Assembly: GCA_043228905.1 (NCBI GenBank)
Contig: JBHGNT010000015.1
Coordinates: forward strand, 5,642,001-5,706,000
Source of the DNA: Azolla caroliniana
Lineage: Eukaryota; Plantae; Polypodiophyta
Length of the DNA: 64,000 nt
Reading direction: 5' to 3'
Every line of letters begins with the position of its first letter. Position 1 is the first letter of the stretch. The notes beneath the pieces were generated by a model. It had not been told where the DNA came from and searched no databases. It was given only the letters and a program-made list of their open reading frames with translations. Position numbers and translations under genes: made by a program. Positions 25,401-37,120 of the stretch are shown in pieces.

Positions 25401-26983
25401 CATTCATCAAGTACAGTGTGTTGACCTTCCGAGTTCGAACCATTATCAAACTTCCCTTGTTGAACTTCATGACTCCATTCTGGATGCTACCCGTGTAGCC
25501 TTCATCATCTAGCCGACTGGTTGATATGAGGTTCAGTCAACCTCCGAAACGTGTCAAACATCCTTCAAGAGAAATTTTCATCCGGTTGATGTCATCAACA
25601 ACACATCTCCTATGCCGATAATTCAGCATGTACCTTCATTCCCCATCTGGACACAACCATGATCACCGACTGAGTAGGATGAGAAGCATTTCTGATCCAG
25701 TGTTAGGTGAAATTACGCACTGGAATCAACAACCCACGTTGTCTCGGCGCCGACAAGGTTTAACTCATTTTCTTCGGTAATGAGCATCAATTCTTCTTCA
25801 CTTGTCGCGATCGCCAACGTTCCCTTTCGATCCGGGCCTTTTCGGTCCGAACTCTTCTTCGAATCGGTGTTGTTGGTTTCTTTCTCTTTCAGGAAATGCT
25901 GACAGTTCTTTAGGAGGTGCCCCGACTGCCCATAGTAGAAGCAAGTGGGCCTCCCCCTTGACTTCGACCTCGTCCCCGACATGTCCTGGATTTGGGGACT
26001 CCAATACTGGCCTTTTCCTCGGTTGTGGTCATCTTTTGTGACCAAGGCCTTCAGATCGGTTCTAGACTCCCGGTCCTTGCGGTGAGCTTCTTCATTGAGT
26101 AGGCTTGATTTTACCCTTGCTAGGGACAACTGTTTTCCTTCCGGCCCGGCGTTGCCCAACGTCTCCCAACTGTCTGGGAGGGAACCGAGCAGGAGCAATG
26201 CGAGTACCTCATGAGCGAGAGGTACCTCCAATGAGGTTGCCTGGTGTATTAGTTCTTGGAAGGCATTCATGTCTCCGCCATACTGGAGCCGTCTTGGTAC
26301 TGGAGCCTCACTAGATTCCGGAATACCGAAACTCGATTGACAACATTCTTGTTCTGGAACATGATGTCGATCTTCTCCTACAGTTCATGAGCCTTGCTCT
26401 CTTCATTGAAGTTTTTGTACAGGCTCATATCGATGAAGCACCGGATGTATGTCGTTGTCTTCATGTCCATCACCTCCCACACTGTGGCGTTGATCTTATC
26501 CAGTCTCTTGTCCTCGAATTGAACCAACAACCAAAGATCATTAACCACCAGCATATCCCTCATCTTCGACTTCCACACTGAATAGTTGGAGCCGGTGAGC
26601 TTGAACATCCCGCCGAACGATTCTTCCATTTCCCGTGTTATCGGCTCTGATACCAGTTTGTGAAGAATAGCATGGAATATTGCTCGGTCACAATTGAGTT
26701 TTTATCAGTTCTTTGAGAAGGAAACACAGAAATGGGAAGTGGAGGGTACACAAAGGAAATACACAGGATGTTTACGTGGGAAACCCTGAATGGGAAAAAC
26801 CACGAGAGCCCACAAACTCCAACTATCACTATGAAAGAAAAAGAGGTACAAGCAAAGACTCAGAAGCAACAACCTCGAGCTCTGTATCCTCCTCGTGTTG
26901 GTTGTTTGACCCTTTACTTTCCTTTAGTTGGTTATCCTCCTCGTGTTGCTGTTGCCGGATTCCAAGGTCATTTTGATACCAAT

Positions 26984-27324
26984 TGTTGTGCACGGTATGT
27001 GCCTCAACCGGCTAGTGTGAGATGATGAGCTGGCTAGTTACAAGATAGCAACTAGGATCTTTGTATGTGGAATAAGCAAAGTGATAGAAAGTGAGAATAT
27101 GGTGGTGCACTGTTCTCTTTGATATAGAATACACAGAAGACTGAAGAAGATGACAATTACAGAGACAGTTAGAGCTCAAGGGATAATAGCATTACAAATC
27201 CCATTAAAACAACATTAGAAGTTTAGGTTCCTCATTCTTATAGTTAGGGTAACTGAGCCCTAACTATGAGGATGTGTTCCTACTAGGATACAATTTTGGG
27301 TAGAGTGGGACTTTTAGTCCAACA
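26984..27324 (-). repeat. Probable 5' LTR of another truncated copia, with degenerate iMet PBS at about 26970-26981
   Basis: TG..CA bounded segment next to ttttgatacca. No partner LTR or TSD found. Confidence 0.4.
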
Positions 27325-29215
27325 TCAAGGACGGTAATGGAGAAGTGGATAGGCAACGCGGAGGAGAGTTCCTTGTTTCCCAAAGGTAGGGAAACACAGT
27401 GTAGGATCCAAGGCCTAAAGTGGTGAAGCTATGAGGAACCAACAATGGTGAACATGACAATTCGAATGCTCACGTATATAGGTACTAAGTGGATTCTAGA
27501 TCCCAACCCGATCAAAAGACAACCAGAATGAAACATATGTGTTCATGAGAACAGATGATTACGTAAGGTCAACTAGGACCCTTTGCAATGGACATGGTGT
27601 GATCCTTCTACAGGACAAGGAAGCAAATTCATCCCCTTCTTCCAATTCACGACCAGATTAGGTCGCCATAGTCTAGTTGCTCAAACCTAAACCCTAAACC
27701 AGTTATTGGAAAGATATAACACACATAACATGTTCCTGATATGACTATTACCAAGTTTTGGCATCAATTATGAAAACAACAAGAAGTTACGCGAATTACC
27801 ACGTTTCAATGGCCATTAATACATAGATAACTACCGGTTGGAGCGTGGCAATGCGGGATCCTTTGCTCTCTTAATTGTATAGTGTGCCCCAATGAAATAG
27901 AATCAATCCGACACTCATTGTGGGACTACGTAGAGACTCATCGAATATCAAAGGGGGTTGGCTGACTATTGCAATTATGCAAGGTGCAAGGCATATTCGA
28001 GGTGTGGAATGATGTTGGCTATCACGGTAGGCCCCAATTGACAGATACGAACATTAAGAGGGGATGACATTGGTGATAAAGGCACAAGAGATCTCGTTTT
28101 CCACCACCGACAATGTTCACTCGACCCCCATCAATACCAAAGATCAAGTCATGCTGGAATTGGTCAGCCCAATAACACGAATGACTCTTTGGAAACAATG
28201 TTGTAGGTGGGTCTTCTCCAATATAACTGTGCACCAATCGACATTATATGCAAGAGATATGGAGTAAAATTGTAACCACACTAAAGAGCCAATATCATGG
28301 CATTACAAGTGGATCCGATGGAGCCAATAACAACGATTAGCCTTCATCCAAGAATGGTCGTCCTCTCCCTTTCTTGAGATAGTGGGCCACCACATAAAAT
28401 GGAACTATGGAGACCTTTTGGGGTTTGTATATAACATTCACAATTGTAAAATTTTATAACTAATGAAAGGAGTTTTGGTTTTTGAAGAAAGAAAAAGAAA
28501 AAGCTTTTTCACACTTAGGGCATTTTTTAAGAGTATAGAAAACCATTTTGATAATCCTCCTAAAGGAATGTTCTACTCTTCTTTCCTATATAGTCGAGAT
28601 AATCTATAGTATCCTCTATAAGGTTTCATAAAGAATAATGCTCCTAGAAGATAATCTCATAAATAAAAGGTTTTTTGTTGAGATGCTTGTCAGTTATACT
28701 TTCTATTGTATCCTCTACAAGGTTTCATAAATGATAATGATTAGCTTCTCATAGATTTTTCCATCAACAAGAAATTTTATCCACCAAAATTTGGACAATT
28801 TGGGTAACAAGAAAATCATTTGTTAATTTGTGACCCACCTATTACTTAACTTTTGCTCTTCAACTCTTCTTTATGATTATATCCAATTTACAAAAATCCC
28901 TCAGATGGAGATATTTCAACTTTTATTTTCAATAATTTTCACTATAATTTTTTGTACATTTATTTTGTTTTTGATGTGTGTTTATTTACCTCATGATGAG
29001 CAAGTTTGTAGTTGCCACTAAAATATGTGATAGTACGAAAACAAATGAGAATAAATGACGTAAACATATTGAAGTAAAACATGTTTTTTGAGGCTTTCAA
29101 CAACATAACATATTTTAGTTAACAATGAAATTTGGGCACTCAATAGACATTACAACTTCCTAAATTTCTGCATCAACAACTTTACAAGTAACAATTGTTA
29201 ATATTCATCACATAC

Positions 29216-32200
29216 TTAGGTTTTTTTGTCCACATTAATAAGTAAATAAAAATGGGCCTTGGAAGCCCAAAACTTGTATTTTTTAAAATAGTGTGAAAGG
29301 GGTTCACACAAGAAGATGTTACATATCTACACTATGTAACACATTCTTTTTTGAGTGTGTTAAAAAGGGGAAAAACGAGCATTTCTCTGCTGTAACAGAA
29401 AAAAAAAAATTCCAGAGAGCACATACTCTCTTTCTTAGCTAATTCCTTCAATCTTTCTGAAGTACACCACCAACACACTCAGACATCCGGACATCGCCGC
29501 CTTCGTCATCAGCCACGTGCTGTGAGTTTTGGTGGTTTTTTGCGTTCCTTTTTGTTGAGTTTTTATTTTTGAGGAAACATCATATTCCTCGATTGCTCAT
29601 AGTACTCTAACTTGTTTAGAGTGGAACATTGGTGTATCAGATTTATATTGATAGTGAATTAGTTCTAGACTAGGTCCCGTGGTTTTTACCTCTTTGAGGG
29701 TTTTCCACGTTAAAAAATTTGTAGTGCATTGTGTATTGATTTGTTGTGTATCTTTCTTGTTTTCTCTTTAAATCTTCCACAACATATTTCTTGTTTTACA
29801 TAAGTGTTTAAGTGCTACTAAGTTTCGGAACAAGTGGTATTAGGGCAGAGGTTGAGCACTTCTTATGGAGGCAAATTTTTCCACAATGGTTTGCTTGAGC
29901 GACACCAACTACCAGAAATGGAAAGGTAAGATGAAAGACCTTCTTTTTGTGAAAAATCTACACTTACCTGTTTTTGCAGATGCTAAACCAGAGAGCAAAA
30001 CGGCCGAGGAATGGTTTTTCGAGAATCTACAAGTATGTGGTTTTATTCGACAATGGGTGGGAGACAATGTCTTAAACCATATTGTGAATGAAACTAATGC
30101 TAAAGCTCTATGGAATAAACTCGAAATGTTGTAGGCATCAAAGACAAGTAACAATAAGTTATTCTTGCTGAAACAAGCAATGCATATAGTGTATAAAGAA
30201 GGTAGTTCCATTTTAGATCATCTAAATGAATTTCAAGGATGTTTCGACCAACTTTTTGGTATGGGAGTGAAATTTGATGATGAGATTAATACATTATGGT
30301 TGTTAAACACTCTCCCTAATTCATGGGAAAGTTTTAGGGTATCTCTAACTAATGCAGCCCCAAATGGAATTGTAACTACGAAATATGTCAAGAGCAGTGT
30401 TCTAAACGAGGAGATGAGACAAAGGACACAAGGGACATCGTCACATTCGGAGGTCTTGATGGTTGAGAGAGGGAGGAGTAGGCATACAAGCCAAGGTCAA
30501 AACAACCAAGGGAGGAGTAGAAGTAAATCAAAACCAAGGTATAAAAATCTAGAATGGCATTTTTGTGGTAAAACAGGACACATAAAGAGGTATTGTTACA
30601 AGTGGAAAAAGGAGAACCACACATCTAGTGGTAAGCATGAAAACAAAGGTAATGATGACAATTCTAATCGTGTTAATTCAATTTCATCAGATGATTTACT
30701 TGTTGTTTATGATGAAAACGTGATTAATCTTGCTCACAATGAAACTAATTGGGTTGTTGATAGTGGAGCATCATTCCATGTCACATCTAGAAGGGAGTTT
30801 TTTACTTCTTATAATTTAGGGGATTTTGGAGTTGTGAAGATGGGCAATGACAGTCTTTCACAGGTGGTAGGCATCGGGACTATTTGTTTGGAAACCAACA
30901 CGGGTTCAAAGTTGATACTCAAGGAGGTAAGACATGTACCCGACATTCATTTACATCTTCTCTCAATCGACAGATTTTATGATGATGGCTATTGCAACAT
31001 CTTCAATGAGGGACAATGGAAACTCACTAAGGGCTCATTGGTTGTAGCTTGTGGTAAGAAATGCTCTAGTTTGTATTTATTACAAGCATCTATTTCTACT
31101 AATCTTGTGAATGCAGCTGAAAGCAACAATATGTTAGAGCTATGGCATAAAAGGTTATCTCATATTAGTGAGAAGGGGCTTGATTGTCTAACAAAGAAAA
31201 ACTTGCTTTCAGGTCTAAAAGATGCCAAATTAGACATGTGCAGTCATTGTGTGGTAGGAAAGCAAAAAAGAGTTGCGGTCAAACAACATTCTTCTTCAAG
31301 AAAGGAAGAGGTACTTGAGTTGGTACATTTAGATTTGTGTGATCCTTTAAAGGTAAAATCAATAGGTGGTGCACTCTACTTTGTTACTTTTATTGATGAC
31401 TATTCTAGGAAACTTTGGATTCGAACATTGAAAACTAAGGACCAAGTATTTAATGTGTTCAAAGAATTTCATGCTTCTGTAGAAAGATAGACAGGAAAAA
31501 AGCTTAAATGCATTCGCCCCGACAATGGTGGGGAATAACTTGGAGCTTTCGATGCATATTGTCGAGAACACGGGATTAAGCATCAAATGACACCATCAAA
31601 AACCCCATAACTAAACGGCTTGGCGGAAAGGATGAATAGGACTCTAGTTGAAAGAGTTCGATGTTTGCTCTCGGATGCGAAGTTATCCAAATCCTTTTGG
31701 GGTGAGGCTTTGAGTATCGTTGCATATGTTATTAACCTATCTCCTACTGTTGCATTGCAGGGCGACATTCCTAATAGAGTTTGGTATGGTAAGAATGTTT
31801 CATATGATCATTTACGTGTGTTTGTGTGTAAGTGCTTTGTACATGTACCTAAAGATGAACGGTCTAAATTAGATGTTAAATCTAAAGAATGTATCTTTAT
31901 TGGTTATCGCCAAGATGAGTTTGGTTACAGATGTTATGACCCAAAAGAAAGGAGGCTCATTCGAAGTCGTGATGTGGTATTCATTGAGGATCAAACTATC
32001 GAAGATATTGAGAAGGTCAAAGAATCTAACACTCAAGAAGATGGTGGGCTTATTGATTTTGACCCGATTCCTACGACCGAAGATGCTACATATGGACATG
32101 CTTCCCAACAAGACGAAAATCGTGAGGATGTTGATGAACCAGGTATTATAAATAATAGGGCTGAAGCTAATCATGATGATATTTTACCTCAAACAGGTTT

Positions 32201-34502
32201 TGAGCGGGGGGAGCAAACTTCCTTACAAGAGGTGGTCAATGAACAACCTAGAAGGTCTACTAGAGAACAAAAACCATTTGTAAGGTATCCTAGTTCAGAT
32301 TATGTTTTAATCTCTAACGAAGGGGAGCCTGAAAGTTATTATGATGTTTTAAATCATAAAGATAAGGATGATTGGATAAAAGCCATGCACGATGAAATGA
32401 ACTCATTAAAGAAAAATAATACCTTTGATTTAGTAGAACTTCCTAAGGGAAGAAAAGTTTTGAAAATAAATGGGTGTTTAAGTTAAAATAGGGTGATGGT
32501 AACCTTGTAAAACATAAGGCTCGTTTAGTCGTAAAAGGTTTCGGCCAAAAGAAAGGTATTGATTTCGATAAAATTTTCTCACCAGTTGTGAAAATGAGTT
32601 CTATTCGAGTTGTTTTAGGTTTGGCAACCACTTTAAATCTTGAGATTGAGCAACTCGATGTAAAGACAACTTTCTTGCATGGAGACTTGAAGGAAAAAAT
32701 CTACATGGAACAACCGGAGGGTTTCGAAGAGAAAGGAAAGGAGCATATGGTATGCAAGTTGAGGAAAAATCTTTACGGCCTAAAACAAGCACCGAGACAA
32801 TGGTATAGAAGGTTCGATTCCTTTATGGCAAGTCAAGACTACACCAAGACTAATGGAGATCATTGTGTGTATGTTAAGCATTTTTCTAAGGTAATTTTAT
32901 AATTCTTTTATTGTATGTCGATGATATGCTAATTGTAGGACAAGATGTAGAAAATATCCACAAGTTAAAGGTCATGCTAAGCATATTTTAGGCATGAAAA
33001 TTACTCACAATAGAGAATGTGGAAAGTTGTGGCTTTCTCAAGAAAAATACATAGAACGAGTATTAGAAAGGTTTAATATGCATAATGCAAAACCAGTAAG
33101 TACCCCCCTTGCTAGCCATTTTTAATTATGTAGAAAAGACTGTCCACATATCGAGCAAGAGAAAGAAGAGATGTCCTCAATTCCTTACTCTTCAGCGATT
33201 GGTTCGTTGATGTATGCTATGGTTAGCACAAGGCCAGATATTGCCCATGCCATTAGTGTTGTAAGTAGATATCTCTCCAATCCGGGTAAGTCTCATTGGG
33301 ATACCGTAAAATGGATCTTTCGATATTTAAGAGGTACACAAAATTATGTTTATGTTTTGGAGATTCTAAACAAACTCTTGAAGGTTTTTCAGATTCAGAT
33401 ATGGCAGGAGATCTCGATGGGAGAAAATCTACTTCGGCTTACTTATTTACATTTGCAGGGGGAGCCGTGTCATGGCAATCTAAGCTACAAAAATGTGTTG
33501 TTTTGTCTACAACAGAAGCAGAATATATTGCAGCCACTGAAGCTGCCAAAGAGATGCTATGGTTGAAAAGGTTTGTTTCAGATTTGGGTTTAAGTCAACT
33601 AACTTATGTGATATTTTGTGACAGCCAAAGTGCAATAGATCTAAGCAAGAACTCGATGTACCATTCTCGTACGAAACATATTGATGTAAGGTATCATTGG
33701 CTGCGCTCGGCAATTGAAGATCAAATTCTACAACTCAAGAAAATTCACACAGATGAAAATGTTGCGGACATGTTGACGAAGGTAGTCTCTAAAGAAAAGC
33801 TTGAGCTATGTGTCAAGTTGGCTGGAATGAACAGAAACTAAGTGATTCAATGGAATCTTCTCCTATGTGGCCAGAGGGGGAGATTGTTAGGTTTTTCTAT
33901 CCACATTATAAGTAAATAAAAATGGGCCTTGGAAGCCCAAAACTTGTATTTTTTAAAATAGTGTGAAAGGGGTTCACACAAGAAGACGTTACATATCTAC
34001 ACTATGTAACACATTCCTTTTTGAGTGTGTTAAAAAAGGGAAAAACGAGCATTTCTCTGCTGTAACAGAAAAAAACAGATTCCAGAGAGCACATACTCTC
34101 TTTCTTAGCTAATTCCTTCAATCTTTCTGAAGTACACCACCAACACACTCAGACATCCGGACATCGCCGCCTCCGTCATCAGCCACGTGCTGTGAGTTTT
34201 GGTGGTTTTTTGTGTTCCTTTTTGTTGAGTTTTTATTTTTGAGGAAACATCATATTCCTCGATTGCTCATAGTACTCTAACTTGTTTAGAGTGGAACATT
34301 GGTGTATCAGATTTATATTGATAGTGAATTAGTTCTAGACTAGGTCCCGTGGTTTTTAACTCTTTGAGGGTTTTCCACGTTAAAAAATTTGTAGTGCATT
34401 GTGTATTGATTTGTTGTGTATCTTTCTTGTTTTCTCTTTAAATCTTCCACAACATATTTCCTGTTTTACATAAGTGTTTAAGTGCTACTAAGTTTCGGAA
34501 CA
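29216..34502 (+). mobile_element. Full-length Ty1/copia element D (Tnt1/Tork-like), pseudogenised
   Basis: LTRs 29216-29832 (initial TG lost) and 33885-34502 with about 12 differences. PBS tggtattagggc at 29835. PPT agagggggag. Partial TSD atac/atacc. Confidence 0.92.
29865..33841 (+). pseudogene. Copia D gag-pol with several stops and frameshifts
   Basis: WVVDSGASFH, VHLDLCDP, AERMNRTL, LYVDDML, FSDSDMAGD and KHIDVRYHWLR motifs. Confidence 0.9.
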
Positions 34503-34849
34503 ATACCTAATTACAAACATAAACCACATAATTTTGTTCAAGTTTTGTTGAAACTCCAATACATTCATGTAAGCTAGTGAAAGAAAGGTACATGATCAAC
34601 ACATAAGCCCCTACACGCGTAACTAGACTGTATATGTGCAATGGTAGCTTAATGTTGATAGATTAATGTGAAATCCACTAGTTTACATACATATTGTCAA
34701 TGCACATGAAATCAGTAGTGAATACATATAAACAAATTTTAATAGTACAAACATATTGTAGTATCAATATCCCTAATACCTAAGATACACAAATACAAGC
34801 ATATATTATGCCTCTTGCAACCATTATGCTGCTTCTAGACAAACAACAA

Positions 34850-34906
34850 CTATACAATTGGGTTCAATGGCGTTAATGTATCACCAAGAATTCCTTTACC
34901 AGCATT
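34850..34906 (-). CDS. Probable terminal exon 3 (NAGKGILGDTLTPLNPIV*)
   Basis: Acceptor atgttttacag. Phase 0, ends in TAG. Gives a product of about 344 aa. Confidence 0.5.
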   Translation of the reverse strand, partial: NAGKGILGDTLTPLNPIV

Positions 34907-35244
34907 CTGTAAAACATTCAATGTACCCAATCAACTCCATCAATACACATTTTCACATGAGCATATATCGAAAATGCAAAAGAGTCGAATTATACATAGA
35001 ATGTTATTGATTGCACTCTGTTGATCTTGCTTGGATTGCATGCTTATGTATGATTGAAAGATTATGATGGTTATACTTGTTAATATCACATGAATCGACT
35101 ATATGAAATGTTGCACATATACGCAGCAGCATATGCATTTTGATGGCATTCAAATATGCATAGATAGATTCACATATGTGTGTACATGGTCTGATGCAAT
35201 ATCACACTTTTCAATTGTTTGGAGGCAAATGGAGACAAGTTTGT

Positions 35245-35280
<36 letters not shown>

Positions 35281-35342
35281 CTGTATATGAAGAAAGTGAT
35301 GCAGAGTGCATTGATTTTTAGTTTCCAAGATGATATGGTTAC

Positions 35343-35498
35343 CTTAATTTTTTCCATTACTGAATCTGATGTCTCAATATCCTGTAAATTGTGTGCCCAC
35401 TGGTACAGGACAGCCCATGCTGACAGAGTTTTCTCCGACGCTTTCCTGCTTGATTCCTTGATTAAGACAAGGTATATCGAGCTCGAGGGTTTCTCTAA
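35343..35498 (-). CDS. Exon 2 of the orphan gene (LEKPSSSIYLVLIKESSRKASEKTLSAWAVLYQWAHNLQDIETSDSVMEKIK)
   Basis: Acceptor ttgttttcctgtag. 156 nt, open, phase 0 at both ends. Donor AAG|GTAACC. Confidence 0.7.
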
Positions 35499-35892
35499 CT
35501 ACAGGAAAACAATGAAGACAGCAGTCAAGATCTCTATTCTTAAATTAAGTCATATATAGACATAAAATATAGATCAATTGATTACATTATGCACTAAAGC
35601 ACACTGTGAAAGCAGTGGATTTATCCCCAGACATAGATTCGCGAGTCAAGATTGAATGGAACAAATCCATTAACTTACACCGAGATGTCATAGCTACCAA
35701 TTTTTAAAGGACCAAATTAGCCATAATCAAATTAGCTAACACATGAGGTAATTGGGGTATTGGCCAACGAATAATTATGTCAGTGAAGCGGGACATCGAA
35801 GGGGAGGAATTGATGTACACTAGGAATTTAGCCCTAACAAAATAGTGAATGTATGACCATCAAAAACCAACACAAAGTATATTCTATAATGA

Positions 35893-36280
35893 CAATGATA
35901 GTTTCTTGACCAGGATTATGGGAGTAACTTGTGAAATACAATGAATTTTATAACATTCAAACAACAATTTACTTCTTGACCAGGATTATGGTGGAAGTAA
36001 CTTGTGAAAGAAATACCACGAATTTTATAACATTCGGACGAGAACAATTTACTTCTTCACCACGATTATGATGGAGGTAACTTGTGAAATACCTTGAATT
36101 TTGTAACATTAGGAAGATGACAATTTACTTCTTGACCAGGATTATGGTGGAGGTAACTTGTGAAATACCATGAATTTTATAACATTCAGACAATGACAAT
36201 TTACTTCTTGACCAAGATTATGGCAGAGGTAACTTGTGAAATACCATGAATTTTATAACATTTCGCACGACAATTTACAT
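35893..36280. repeat. About 76-bp minisatellite, 5 copies, in intron 1
   Basis: Unit caatttacttcttgaccaggattatggtggaggtaacttgtgaaataccatgaattttataacattc.. starts near 35893, 35965, 36045, 36121 and 36197. Confidence 0.9.
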
Positions 36281-36298
36281 TCAATAGATAATTTTTAC

Positions 36299-37120
36299 CT
36301 TTTCCAAAGCGAATTCCTTGTCTTGTAGCTTTTGGACGAAGGAGGGGAGGTGTTTGAGCTTGGTCTCGTCGGGCCAAACATTGTCGATGGACCGTACGAT
36401 CTCGGGGGTATCGAAGAGGAAGACAACCTGGTAGATCCGGTGCGTGGAGAGGCCCATTGTGGCCACATGAGCCACCAATTGGGCGCTACCGTAGTTCTGG
36501 ACATAGGAGATAAGGTTTTTGCCGGTGTCCACGTTCTTCTTGACCTTGTACTCCCGTCTGGCTATGGCGCCCACGCCAAAGTCCACGATCGTCTTACAAT
36601 TGGATGCCGACTTAAACCTCGGATCTGGGCACTGAACCGGAGGACCATTGTTGGTATTGGGCCCAGGCCCGGCCCCCGTGATGGGCCGCTTATTATTCGT
36701 GTTCCTAGCCGGCCGCAAAGCTAGGGCTTGAGCCCGGACATCTTCCGCCATGCCTTGGATGCCCCCATGAGAATTGTTGTTGTTGTTGTTGTTGTTGTAG
36801 TTGTTCCCATGAGAATTGTTGTTGTTGTAGTTGTTGTTGTTGTTGTTGTTGTTGTAGTTGTTCCCATGAGAATTGTTGTAGTTGTTCCCATGAGAATTGT
36901 TGTTGTTGTAGTTGTTGTTGTTGTTGTTGTTGTCGTCGTCGTCGTCGTCGTCATTGTTATTGTCATTGTTATTGTTATTGTCATTGTTATTGTTATTGTT
37001 ATTGTTATTGTTATTGTTATTGTTATTGTTATTGTTACCAGAGGAAGGGTGGGAATCTCTTGATTCTTTATCATTTTCCGTGTTCGTGCGCTCCTCCTCC
37101 TCATCTTCTTCCCTATCCAT
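36299..37120 (-). CDS. Exon 1 of an orphan host gene: acidic leader, Asn-rich low-complexity tract, then an apparently folded domain
   Basis: ATG at 37120. Open for 274 codons. Phase-0 donor AAG|GTAAAA at 36299/36298. TATA-like tatataa at about 37191-37197. Confidence 0.75.
36769..37037 (-). repeat. Coding trinucleotide repeats (AAC/AAT/GAC) giving poly-Asn/Asp with NNYNNSHG units
   Basis: (gtt)n, (gttatt)n and (gtc)n on the plus strand, with in-frame interruptions. Confidence 0.95.

Larger units (their letters stand above)
3344..26890 (-). mobile_element. Old Ty1/copia element A (Tnt1/Tork-like), pseudogenised and interrupted by a gypsy insertion at 4465-23175
   Basis: 3' LTR 3344-3902 (TG..CA) with PPT at about 3904-3915. 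Partial 5' LTR from 26659. PBS tggtatcagagccga (iMet) at 26641-26655. Gag MEESFGGMFKL, INT, RT (LLLYVDDML) and RNase H fragments occur in copia order. Confidence 0.85.

Noticed and set aside
27325-29215. Possible gene or gypsy protease remnant
   Set aside because: No sustained ORF or motif I can support; too degraded.
35893-36280. CRISPR-like repeat-spacer array
   Set aside because: Units are contiguous 76-bp tandem copies with only a few variable junction bases. There are no unique spacers or cas genes, and the context is a eukaryotic intron.
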